A stretch of 55,781 nt of DNA from a virus (Duplodnaviria; Caudoviricetes), in the IMG/VR virus record IMGVR_UViG_3300037847_002600, positions 1 to 55,781 of that record, one strand, 5' to 3'. This document shows positions 16,371 through 27,000 of this stretch, piece after piece. Position 1 is the first letter of the stretch; each line of letters starts with the position of its first letter. The notes beneath the pieces were generated by a model. That model was not told where the DNA came from. It ran no database searches and saw nothing but the letters and a program-made list of their open reading frames with translations. The translations under genes and the position numbers were made by a program.

Positions 16371-16897
16371 CCCAACGTATCCTTCACGCCCTGCCATCAT
16401 GGGAGGGCTACAGCTACGGACACAAGGTGGACTTCCCATCTTGTGTCCGTGGCGCTCCCACGTCGCTGGTCGAGTCAGGTACTAAGCAGATAGACTGTTC
16501 GACGTTCACGTGGGGGCTGCTGTGTCAGGTGTACCCTGATGCGGACTGGAGCTTCGACAGGTACAAGAAGTGGCAGATGTGGGACCGTGACGACAAGTGG
16601 GGTCCGATCAGCCAAGCCCTGTCGATGGAGATCACGTCTAAGGATGACGGCGACGGTTGGTATCTATACCAAGTGTGGAAGGGTGAGTGGCGTGGCGGAC
16701 ACTCGTTCCTCGCATGCAAGGCAGGCGACGACCTGCTTGTGCTTGAAGCCACGAACGCTGCGAGACCAGTACCCGGTGTCGTCTGGCGGTACGTAGGCGA
16801 AGCTAGCACGAACGCGCTGCCACCTTGGCCCGTGTACACCGAGGAGGACGCAACCAAGGGCTACGTCTACTCCAAGGTTAAACTAGACGGGAGCTGA
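16349..16897 (+). CDS. NlpC/P60-like cysteine peptidase (endolysin candidate)
   Basis: Y.YG...IDCSTF...GHS...VLEA gives a Cys-His-Glu triad pattern. Confidence 0.6.
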   Translation: MADARSLTQRILHALPSWEGYSYGHKVDFPSCVRGAPTSLVESGTKQIDCSTFTWGLLCQVYPDADWSFDRYKKWQMWDRDDKWGPISQALSMEITSKDDGDGWYLYQVWKGEWRGGHSFLACKAGDDLLVLEATNAARPVPGVVWRYVGEASTNALPPWPVYTEEDATKGYVYSKVKLDGS

Positions 16898-17260
16898 CCC
16901 ATACAGCAAAGCGATGTCAACTGGATTCGCTGTTGCAGATGGTGTCCCTGTATTTACTTGGGTGGTTGTGACGATGTACGAGAAGTACCCAATCTCGGTT
17001 CCCGCAGGCATGATGATGTGCTGCTTCGTAGACCCCTCGACCTTCCAGATTTGAAAAGGTGCGTTACTAGCATGCGCAGGCGAAGCCGCGTTGTAGATCT
17101 TAAGAAACGTCACCGCCGAGTTAGCTGTGTTGTCTATCTCTAGCTGGTACAACGTGACCTTGGTGTCTGCCAAAGGGTTGTTGACTGCGGTAGCGTTCGA
17201 GACCGTAGCTGTGTAAACGAAGCCGCCGATGGGACCTAAGAGGGGTTGAATCTGCGCCAT
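16883..17260 (-). CDS. Small beta-rich virion-associated protein
   Basis: GAGGT RBS; FLKIYNA..P motif shared with the next gene. Confidence 0.65.
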   Translation of the reverse strand: MAQIQPLLGPIGGFVYTATVSNATAVNNPLADTKVTLYQLEIDNTANSAVTFLKIYNAASPAHASNAPFQIWKVEGSTKQHIIMPAGTEIGYFSYIVTTTQVNTGTPSATANPVDIALLYGSAPV

Positions 17261-17268
17261 AGTTTACC

Positions 17269-17646
17269 TCACTTAAAGACCATCTGGATGTCCAGATCGG
17301 CGGATGGACTACCGCCCGCCGCTGTACCGCCAGCGTTGCTTGCGTTGAAGGCTAGTCCGTTGTTGAACGTCAGTCCGTTGGGGAAGTGATAGATCTCCTT
17401 AGAGCCTGACTCTGCGGAAAAGATGTAGTCTGGAGCATCCGTACCTACAGTTACTTCTGCCTTAGTGTCGTACAGCTTCAGGTAGTCGAACACGCTTGTA
17501 CCTGACCCGTCATGGCCGATGTACAAGAAGTATAGCTTGCCGCTTTTACCGAAGACATCGTTGCGAGCCGTTGTGTCGCTCACGTTGTCTTCTTTCATCT
17601 GACTGTAGTCTATGCGAGTAGACTGTTTATTAACTGTTGTCGCCAT
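17269..17646 (-). CDS. Small beta-rich virion-associated protein (paralog)
   Basis: YLKLYDT..TVGT.AP; same 125-aa length as its neighbour. Confidence 0.65.
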   Translation of the reverse strand: MATTVNKQSTRIDYSQMKEDNVSDTTARNDVFGKSGKLYFLYIGHDGSGTSVFDYLKLYDTKAEVTVGTDAPDYIFSAESGSKEIYHFPNGLTFNNGLAFNASNAGGTAAGGSPSADLDIQMVFK

Positions 17647-17649
17647 CTA

Positions 17650-17829
17650 TCACCCCATCACTTCGTCGAGGTACGCGCTGACCTCGGACAGTAAGAGGGC
17701 GATGATCTCGTCTCGCTCGTCGGGTGTGATCTTCTGATCGTCCGACAGGGCCAACGTAATCTGACGGCCCACACGCAAGATGCGAGCGACAAGTGCGAAG
17801 ATGTTGAACTTCTTTTGTTTCTTAGGCAT
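17650..17829 (-). CDS. Small protein with basic amphipathic N-terminus (possible lysis accessory)
   Basis: MPKKQKKFNIFALVARILRVGRQITLAL...; GGAG RBS; coupled overlap. Confidence 0.55.
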   Translation of the reverse strand: MPKKQKKFNIFALVARILRVGRQITLALSDDQKITPDERDEIIALLLSEVSAYLDEVMG

Positions 17830-18982
17830 CTTTGTCTCCAATGAACTGTTTCCAGCCCGTCTCGAATGCGATGTGCTCTGCGGGGTCTTCGCCCTCAAAG
17901 ATTTGATTGTTGTAAACAAGCCGCCCGTTAGTGATCGGGAGTACTTGCATATGAACATCTTGACTGTTCTCATCAAGTATAGCAAGTCCAAGTCCTTGTT
18001 GCCAATCTGGAGTTAAAGAAACACCGGGCGTCGGACCCGGCACACGCACCAAGCATCCCGGCGATAAAGCTGTGATTTGCTGCGGTCCGTAGGGTCCGTG
18101 GAATGTCTTTTGTACTAACTCAACTTTATGTATGTGACCATATACTTCTGACCATCGTGAGGTCTTGGCGATCGCCGTGGCCGTAGAGCCTGCACCGGCA
18201 CGTACTTTGGTGCCGTGGTTGACACGGATGGGGGAGTTGGACTCTGGCCACAGCCACCAGTCGGCCCCGTACGGTCCGACGTAGTCAATGTCTAGCTTAT
18301 CAAGGTGCAAGAGATGCTGGAGACTGAGTACCGAGTTCTCCTCCAGCGCAGGGCTAACGTCCTGTGCTTCGGGTAGAAGCTCCACAACCGCACGGTTGAT
18401 GCGGTCCTCGTGGTTGCCAGCCATGTAAACTATCTTGCTAGAAGGGGAGGCGCTGCGGATCTCAGCTAGCCACCAGTGAAGCTCGTCGATCGCAGGCTGC
18501 GTGGTCTGCCTAAACTCTGGCTTCCTAGGAAAACGCGTAGACCATGGCGCGAGGTCGAGCATATCACCTAGCAAGACTATTATCTCTGGACGCACAGCAC
18601 GGACGAACCGAACCACAGTATCCATAGCTGTGCGATCGTGCATAGGATCTAAGTACGTATATCGTTTAGTCCACGCGTAACCGAGCTGGGTGTCAGGTAT
18701 GAAGCAGGCAGTCCGGAGCCCGTGATTGCGGGGCATACCTTCTACTCTAGGTATAAACTTGGGGGGATACGCAGGCTGGCGGTCGGGCTCAATCTTACGC
18801 TCTAGGTGTGCCTTGACCTGATAGAGCGTGATGGTAGCTTCGCCACCTTTAACACTCTGCTCCCATGAGTTGCACTTCCAAGAGGAGACACGCCACCGCT
18901 TCTTGTCTACGTTGGCATGACGTAGTAACTGCGCAAGCGTCCTGACGCGTGTACCTTGAGCACTTACAGTTAGTTCTTCCAT
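17822..18982 (-). CDS. Calcineurin-like metallophosphoesterase
   Basis: PDTQ, LGDMLD, GNHE, NHG and GHIH motifs. Confidence 0.85.
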   Translation of the reverse strand: MEELTVSAQGTRVRTLAQLLRHANVDKKRWRVSSWKCNSWEQSVKGGEATITLYQVKAHLERKIEPDRQPAYPPKFIPRVEGMPRNHGLRTACFIPDTQLGYAWTKRYTYLDPMHDRTAMDTVVRFVRAVRPEIIVLLGDMLDLAPWSTRFPRKPEFRQTTQPAIDELHWWLAEIRSASPSSKIVYMAGNHEDRINRAVVELLPEAQDVSPALEENSVLSLQHLLHLDKLDIDYVGPYGADWWLWPESNSPIRVNHGTKVRAGAGSTATAIAKTSRWSEVYGHIHKVELVQKTFHGPYGPQQITALSPGCLVRVPGPTPGVSLTPDWQQGLGLAILDENSQDVHMQVLPITNGRLVYNNQIFEGEDPAEHIAFETGWKQFIGDKDA

Positions 18983-19587
18983 TATCGGGGTTCAATCTCA
19001 AGCCGGAACTGCGCCGAGTGGTAATCATCTGACCAGTTTCTGGCCGCAGATACCCATGTAAAGTACATCGTTACGTTATCGCCGGATGGTCCAAGTTCGG
19101 TACTTAAATCGTAGTACAGCCCTGTAGGTCCACTGCCTTGGTTAGCTCGGGTTGTACCGGAGCCGATGGGCATCTGCGGGCTGAAGTCCAAGGTATACAT
19201 CGTACAGTACAGCGATAAGGGATACTCGTAGACGAGCCGCAACTTCCCGCCTTGTTCCGCACCGTACATACCGTTCATGATCGAGTGACCAAAGATGCTG
19301 TTTATTTGCGTGCTGCTCAAGGGGTTTGTCCCTGTACTTCCATCGGCAGGTCCGTCCGACAAGAGAAAGATGCACCCATCATCCTCATTCTTATTAAAGT
19401 CTGGGCCCCACGTCGTGTGGATAATGCGCATCTGCGCTCGAACGATGAAGCCCCGTGGTGGTACAGTCATTGTCCAAGTAAAGGAATCGCCTGCCGCGCC
19501 TCCGTCGCTTGCATTGCCGTTAGGAAACTTAGACGAATCTAAGTCTCGCTTAACGATGATGCGAGTGTCTTTGATGGAGCGAGGCAT
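18982..19587 (-). CDS. Hypothetical virion protein
   Basis: In the late operon; paralog of the next gene (YYD...YFTWVS...RLEIEP). Confidence 0.7.
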   Translation of the reverse strand: MPRSIKDTRIIVKRDLDSSKFPNGNASDGGAAGDSFTWTMTVPPRGFIVRAQMRIIHTTWGPDFNKNEDDGCIFLLSDGPADGSTGTNPLSSTQINSIFGHSIMNGMYGAEQGGKLRLVYEYPLSLYCTMYTLDFSPQMPIGSGTTRANQGSGPTGLYYDLSTELGPSGDNVTMYFTWVSAARNWSDDYHSAQFRLEIEPR

Positions 19588-19596
19588 CTCGGCTCC

Positions 19597-20220
19597 CTAG
19601 AAGCAGGGCTCGATCTCAAGCCGACAGGTGATCTGGTCAACAGCCGTACGGTAGTTCGTGGCGTCCGATACCCAAGTAAAGTACAACTCACCTGTGTTAT
19701 CGTTAGGTCCTTTGACCGTGCCCGACACGTCATAGTAGAAGCCCGTCTCGGCACCTACGTTGTAGCCTTGGTTCACGGCAACCGTGTCGTTACCCGCTGC
19801 GTTTGTAGACGTAAACGGAGCCGCAACGGTACCGATCGCAGTCATCGTCATCGGGCTAGCCAACCGCAGTGTCGGCATGTACACCGAGGCCGCACCCGAG
19901 TCGAACTGTTCGTGTGCGCCCGTGAGGAGGATACTGTTTAGGTCTAAACAGTACTGGGCTTCGACAGTACGCGCAAACTCGATGGTACCCGCGTTTACGC
20001 CCTCTGTGCCGCTAGTGTGTACCCAGATCGCATCATACTCATCGTGTTGCGTAATCGGAGAGGTATACACCATACGTAGGCTACAACGGTGGACGATACC
20101 TCGTACAGGTAGGCCGGTGGCTTTCCATGTAAGGGTGGCACCCGACCCGTTGGGTAGCAGTTGGTTGTTTAGGGTGACCTCGGAGATCACCCGTGATGGT
20201 CTGATGCGCGTGGCACCCAT
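19597..20220 (-). CDS. Hypothetical virion protein (paralog)
   Basis: P.RG.V.R..LR, YYDVS, YFTWVS and RLEIEP shared with the previous gene. Confidence 0.7.
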   Translation of the reverse strand: MGATRIRPSRVISEVTLNNQLLPNGSGATLTWKATGLPVRGIVHRCSLRMVYTSPITQHDEYDAIWVHTSGTEGVNAGTIEFARTVEAQYCLDLNSILLTGAHEQFDSGAASVYMPTLRLASPMTMTAIGTVAAPFTSTNAAGNDTVAVNQGYNVGAETGFYYDVSGTVKGPNDNTGELYFTWVSDATNYRTAVDQITCRLEIEPCF

Positions 20221-20230
20221 CTAAGCCCCC

Positions 20231-20689
20231 TTATGGGATTACAGCAAGGTTCTGAACGCCTTCACCACTGAAATGAACTTTGCCTGCTGTGGCTCCGCCG
20301 ACTACAACAACGGTTCCGACCTCTCGGATTACGTCGCCACTTGCCGAAGGTACAGTCAGGGTCAGCTCGCCAGCGGTGAGGGAGACATACACGGGGTCAC
20401 CTACTGCACCGGCAGAAGTGTCCATAGTCACGATCTTCCAAGGCAACGCCACTCCGTATCCGCCAGCGGGGATCTCGTGTTTCGCCACCAGCAACCGGCC
20501 TCGCGTAGTTGCAAGAGCGTCCGCATCTGTCTTCCCTACTTTTAGGAACGGACCAGAGGCACCCACACCGCAGAGGATAGTCTCTGCGGGCAACGCGTTT
20601 GCCGTGTCGTTGTTGAGGACCTTGACGCCCTCTGCGTAGTTAAAATCGCGACCTGCTTTGATTAGGCGCTGCTTAAGATTGCCAGCCAT
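20231..20689 (-). CDS. Putative capsid decoration/fibre-like protein
   Basis: G/A/V-rich; VGDPVYVS.TAG.LT...P...VG.V pattern seen in capsid fibre/cement proteins. Confidence 0.55.
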   Translation of the reverse strand: MAGNLKQRLIKAGRDFNYAEGVKVLNNDTANALPAETILCGVGASGPFLKVGKTDADALATTRGRLLVAKHEIPAGGYGVALPWKIVTMDTSAGAVGDPVYVSLTAGELTLTVPSASGDVIREVGTVVVVGGATAGKVHFSGEGVQNLAVIP

Positions 20690-20727
20690 TTCGTGTCTCC
20701 TATAGACTATCCAAAGATGATGTTAGT

Positions 20728-20756
20728 TGTATAAAGTACTTAGGGTACTATGTCAA
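20728..20756 (-). promoter_or_regulatory. Putative internal late promoter
   Basis: TTGACA-N17-TATACA ahead of a rare intergenic gap and GGAG RBS. Confidence 0.4.
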
Positions 20757-21042
20757 GGGTTGGACCTGCTAAAGCAGGGTTCATTGCAGTGTTCGCGAGC
20801 ATCATCGTATCGTGACCGAGTAGGCCTCCGACGAGTATGAGCCCGAGAACAATGGTTTGAGGGTTCTTAAGCGCGGTTCCCCAGTCAATCTGGTTACGCT
20901 TGTTAAGCTCGTGGAGCGAAGCTTCGATGCGGTCGAGTGTTTTAACAGAGTGCTTCTGTTCGTTCTGCACCATCGCAAGCGTCTCGCGGATGCCGCCGAC
21001 TTGATCTTCCAAGTTTGTTACTCGTTGATCGAGGGTTGACAT
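20740..21042 (-). CDS. Coiled-coil plus single-TM protein (holin/XhlA-like candidate)
   Basis: LDQRVTNLE... coiled coil followed by IVLGLILVGGLLG. Confidence 0.55.
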   Translation of the reverse strand: MSTLDQRVTNLEDQVGGIRETLAMVQNEQKHSVKTLDRIEASLHELNKRNQIDWGTALKNPQTIVLGLILVGGLLGHDTMMLANTAMNPALAGPTLDIVP

Positions 21043-21044
21043 TG

Positions 21045-24000
21045 CTAATCCTTTATCAAGGGCGCGGACGCTTGACGTTCCATCTTCTTAAGTTCTAGTT
21101 TAACTGCTTCCTTAGCTGTCTTCATATCATTTATTTGGTTATTCTCACCGTTGTAGAAGACAGTTCGTCCGATGTTGATGGTGTTACCTATATTATACAG
21201 CCGCATCTTTCTTGGGTCATCGTCAGCGAGCGCCTTGATTTCTGGACTGGTCAGCTCAGGAAACGCAATAGCCAGTGCTGTGCGGCTCCGGAGAAGCTCT
21301 GTTCGTAGGATAGAGAACAGCAGCTCGTTCATAATAGGCGGACCGGACAGATTAAGGCGTTTGACCCTTGGATCTTTCGAGTCTGGGTTGACTTCTACGA
21401 GGAAGTCTAGCCCCATGCTGCGAAGTGTCTGGATGGCGGCGAGGTCGCCGGGACGCAGCACGCGACCGTAAGGTGACTTGGGTCGCCGAGCATCGAAGAA
21501 GATAGCTTTGGCCATCTCACCATAGATGGGGTTGGCAATCGAATCGGCTAGCTCCTCGATCAGCCCTGTGGTGGCTGCTTTAGTGTTCACCGAGTACACG
21601 CTGTCCATACCCGGCATACCTGCCATCAAGATCGCACTGGTGTATGCGGCTATGTTTGCAGTAGAATGTGCGAACTCGACCGTTGTAGCCTTCGGCATAC
21701 CAAACGCGACGTGTTGTTTCCCGAAGCCTGCGGTCTCGATCATCCGACGATACTGGCGTGGGGTGACGGTCATCGAGCTTATCAACGGGTAATCAGCAAA
21801 GAAGCTCGATAGGTTACGTTCACCCACGGTGTCGCGCTGTTGTTGGGGGGTCAGATCTTCGTACGGGTCTACATACCCCGCGTACGGCGACTGGAACCTA
21901 CTAATCATCTGCATACGTTGGACTTTGGTCTGGCCCCGAGCGTACTTAGCAAGGTAGGCTTTAAGAGATTCGTCGGACGAGGCTTCAAACAACATGCGAT
22001 ATTGCTGGGCGAACCCGTTCTTTACAAGTGTATAGAAGAACGCGAAGTCTCCAAGCATCGCACGTTCCAGCCTTCCGACAGAGAAGGACCAGTCATACAT
22101 CGAGTCTAGAAGCATACGCCTCGCCACATCACGAGGCAGCTCTCGGTTGATGCGCAGGTGTGCGTATAGTAACAATCGTTGCCGTCGTGTAACTTCCCTT
22201 ATCTTTAGTTCAAGGATACGCTGATACCCACCGACGGTATCATAGACGTTGAAGAACGCATTTGGGTTGTTACGAATCTGCCGACGGGCCTCAGCTTCCA
22301 GAATCTCGCCGAAGTCGGCCCCACGCAGGAACTCGCCTACGCCGTCTTCCATGGCTTCAGCATAGAACTGCCGACCTGTGACGATCTGTTTGTCCTTACC
22401 GACGTACAGTGTTTCGTCCGACATACGCAGGATTCGATCGATCGCGCCGTTGAACGTCGCAGCGGTAGCCGTAGGCAGACCAATCTTACCCGGAGGTAGT
22501 TGCCGGGACATGGCATAGTAGCTGTTCTGTAACGACTTGCCCGCAAATGGGAACGAACCCAGAGCCCCTTGCATCGAGAGCGGTAGCGCCTCTAGGGGAC
22601 CAACCGCGTCTGCCATCTGTGCGTACTCGCCGAAGTGCATGTTTGAGAAGTAGGCGACACGTGGGTTCAGCAAGCCGTACAGGATGTGGCGTTTGAAGAA
22701 GCTAATGAATCCGTTAAAGACACGTATCGCCGTGGCTCCGACCTTGTACAGCGCAGGGTTCAGCATGGCTTCACTCATCTGCTCGCCGAACTCCTTAGAC
22801 AGTTTGTCCAAAGAGTTGTGAAAGCTGACCATGCTACCACGTGGAGTCATGAGTACGTTGCCTGCTTCGTCTACGCTGGAGATCACCATACGCTGATACA
22901 TGTCACGTACGACACCGAAGAGAGGCCGCATCTTCTCCCGGCCCATGGTGGTCATCATACGAGAACCGAGCAACGAGAACCCGTCAAGTGCGTCGAGCAT
23001 AGAGACACGAGTGTCCCGCAAGAACACATCTTCGAGCTTCACCGGGGGCTCGTCCGTGTTGAAGTGTGCCATGCCGTCTTCGATCTTGTTGATCCTGCGC
23101 GAGGGGCGACCAAGCACACCACTAAGCTTGTCCTCAACGAGAACAGACCGCACTTGCTCCCGCTTTTTCCCGGTGCGGAGCCCCGTGCGGCTCGCCTTTG
23201 CAGACTTGCGGACCAGCGCGTTCCAAGCGTCCATCTCCTGTCGGAGGATCACGTAGGAACCTACAGTCGGGGTCACGGGGATGTAGTCCGTAGATGCCTC
23301 GGTGCCGCGTCCCTGCATGCGGTTCATCGACCGACCAACAGTTTCGTTAAACCTTGCGCCAAAGATGCTGTTCCACTTCGCTGCGTACCTTGTCTGCAAA
23401 GCACCTAGGACAATAGCTTTTGAGAACTTAACGTTTGCAAACGCGGTCTCGTCTATCTTGATGTCTTCGACCTTCCGAAGAGCGGTAACGATAGCATTAC
23501 GAAGCGCCGCCATAGCGGTCTCGCCATCAGCTTGCAACAACGTATCTGCGTTCTTTAGTAAGATGCTGTCCACCAAACTTTGAATACGGGGATACAAATC
23601 ACTGTAGAAGTCTGCTGCTCCAACGATCGAGTCGTCCCGGATGAGGGCCGTAATCGCAGGACCTAGCGAATCGTCAGGCTTGAACAACGCACGGTCCGCC
23701 CCTTTTGCCGCCTTGCGCATCCGGGCGTCGTAGATAAGACCCTCGACCATGGTAGACGCTAGCGACTTGTCGAAGCCCGCGAGTGCGGTCATGGTGATTT
23801 TGGCTTTCGGGGTAAGAGGGAAGTTGTACTGGTACGGTAGATCTTCAAGCCTACCCACTGACGTTAGGATTAGGTTGATCGCTTCTTGCTTTGCCTCAAC
23901 ACCTCGGACGTTGTTTACCGCTAGGTTCATAGTATCTATGACATCCTGCGCCACACGGGCCATACCTTTGGCGGCTTCGTCTGCGTCCCGGCGGATCTGA

Positions 24001-27000
24001 ATATCGAGATAACGTACGTTGGTACGAAACACTGGGAAGCTTTCGAGTATATTATCTAGTTGGATTGTGCTTCGTATCGCCCACGCCAAGGGCTTCTGCC
24101 ACAGCAGCGCCTGCTGTTTGTGTGTCAGATTCACGTAACCTAAGGGTTCGCGGAACAGATTGACTAGGCCTTTGGCGGTCAGCACCGTATCGACGAACTC
24201 CTCATCGGTCATGTCGGCGATGCGAGGTGCCTCGTCGGCTATCGCTCGCATGGAGGCTACACGTACAGGCTCTGCCAGTAGGTCTTTGCGCATGCGCGGT
24301 CCGACCTGCTCGAACAGCTCTTCGTACTTAGAAGGTGGCAGTGTCAGTAGGTCTGTGCTGCCCTTGGTGAGGTCGCGAAGATTGTTAATGTACGAGATGT
24401 ACACGTTACGCGCCAAGGTATCGTCGCTCAGTTGTTCGCCGATTACGCGTTCGGTCTCTGCCTTATCGTACTTCTTTTTAAGTGCGTCTAGCTTCTTATC
24501 CAGTTCGGACGCAGCCTTTTGAACTTGAGCTTCGACACGAGCCAATCCGACAGCAGTCTCTCCGGGCCTGATCTTAGCCTTCTTGCCTAGGCCCCGGACG
24601 CCGATCATCTCTTTGTTGATGCGACGTACGAGGTTGGTTTGCAGCAAGCCAAGTTCGTCTTGAATCTGCTGCCTAGCGAGGCGTAGCCCTTGGACCTTCT
24701 TAACTTGCAGCTTCAACGCGTCCGCGATGGGCGACGACTTGGGCATGCTCGCCTTGATCAGTCCGTCGAGGCGACGCATAGTCAAAGATTTTGCAGTAAC
24801 GCCGCCGACTTTACCCGTCTTGTCCATGTTGCGTAGAGCGAAAGTCTTGATGTCCGTAAGGCCGGTTTTGACCCGGAGGGCGTCGAAGATCTGCGTAGGC
24901 GTCAGAGGTGCATCGTCCGACAGCTTCATGCCGCTGACCATCTTACGCATACCACTGAGTTCGCGGGTGCCTTGTTTCAGTAGACCGCGCTGTGTTTTCA
25001 GCAGTGCTTCTAGGGCGTCGGCCTCTTGCCGTGCTCCGGTTAAGATCTGCTGCAACGCCGTCAATCGCTGACGTTGTGCGTTTTGTTTGTTGCCCGCTTT
25101 GTTAATCTTGTCTAGCTTCTTCTGTGCAGAAACAAACTGTTCACGAGCTTTGGTCGCTAGGTCTTTGTAAAAGCGCAGCGCCTCTTCAACACCGGCACCG
25201 GAGGTCAAAGGGACGTTCAGTGAACTATCGGACGTAGCTTTGAACTGGGCCAAGTAGTCATATGCGTGCACGCCGCCCGTCTTGCTCTTCTTAAACTCAG
25301 CACGCAAGACCTTATTGAACTCGATCATTTGATCGGTATCAAGATCCTCTACGTTACCTACTTTCTCGGTGGCTAGCTCGATCGCCCGGTTCAGCAACGG
25401 CACGTCACTTGCGGTCATCTGTTGATACTCGGCACCTAGTGCCCGCTTCGCTCCGCGTACGGCAGGGCGTGCGCCCCTAGCAGCAACACCTATACCCATC
25501 AGAGCGTCAGGTGACAGCGTATACGCAATCAGCCCGCCGATCATACCGGCTGCGCGTCCGAGCGCCGGGTTGTTCTTACCGTACTCACCTAAAAGCGGGT
25601 TGATGAATACGTCACCAACCTCGTTCATAAAACGGGCTCCTAGCTTATCGCCTACTGCGATGCGGCGAATGGCCCGATCGGAGTCCATTAGCTCAAGGAA
25701 GTTACGAGCTACACCACCGGGCCTACCATAAAAGCTCCCGCCGGATTCGGCATAGTCGTCGTTTGCTAGTGTAAAGGTTGCAGCAATAGGCTCGAATGTA
25801 CTCAGACGGACCAGCGCATCGAGGAAGGTAGTCGGAGCATACTCACCCAGCAAAGGAGCAAAGAAGTCGCCTTCTCTGACGTAGCCCCGGTTGAAATCTT
25901 CCGACATCAAGATGCCTGCTGACGACCGAGGCAACGTAACCGCACCAGCAAGCTTGATATAGTCACTGATGAAGTCGTCAAACAACAACTTATCTGCGCC
26001 CAAAGTCACTACGTTGGCTGCAATCTGGAGCGCCTTAACGACATTGGCGCGGAAACCAACACCTTCGGTATAGTCTTTGGCTGCGCCGTACGGGTCTCGA
26101 AACGCGACCAGCGTGTTTCGCGACTTCAAAGGGGCAACAAGCTGACGGGCCTCGGCCTTGGCTTCGGCGGACAGCTTCTCTACTACTTCTCGTGGAGGAA
26201 TAGTGCCCTCGTACCCGGCGTCCCGTTTCTTCTTACGATACGCAGCGACGCGAATCCCGTTCTCGTACACAGCCATGTCCGCATAAAACCGACCAAACCT
26301 GTCTTGGTTCATCGGCACGTACAGCTCACTAGGCTTTCTGTCCTTCATTGAGTAGAACAGATTGGTCTTGTGCCTCGCTACATCTAGCGGGTCACCGAGG
26401 GCCTCTTGAATATCTGTCGTAGGAATGTCTGTGGCGTAGCCCTGTTGGACGCGCTGCATGACTGAGGGTGGTAAGTCGAAGTTGTAGATGAAACGCTCCA
26501 GAGCGTTACCAGAGGCGTCAGCAACTTGCTTGTTGGTTTGCTTATCGAACCGAGGCGCGGCGTCGAGGACTTGGGCCCCGGCTTCGGTGTCGAAGAAGAC
26601 AGGACGAATAGTGTCTCGGACCTTCTGGTCTTGCGCTCGCTGGGCAAACAGTTCCATGGCACGCTTGCGAAGCTCGGTCTGATGCTTGATGTCAGCACCG
26701 ATGTTCTTGACCATCTGCTCTGGAGACTCGTACTTCTTGTGTAGGTTCAGCATGGCCCATGTCTGCAACGCAGTCGCCGCATCCTCATCGACACGGTTGA
26801 TCTTCATCTGGTCGTACAAGAAGTTATCCGGCGTATAACCTGTAGTTTCACTGGCGCTCTCGACTAGCCCCTGCATGAGGGCCGCTCGGGCCTCTTCGGT
26901 ATCCTCGCGGTTACGGCGCTGAAGCAAGCGGCTGAGTGCGGCCTGTTGGTCATCCACCATACTGTACATGGGCAGGCCTTGGCCCCGGAAAGTGTCGAAC

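Noticed and set aside
15378-18982. Rad50-like ATPase plus phosphoesterase as an SbcCD/Mre11-Rad50 pair
   Set aside because: They are on opposite strands and in different operons, and the phosphoesterase has DTQ rather than the SbcD DxH motif plus a long N-terminal extension.
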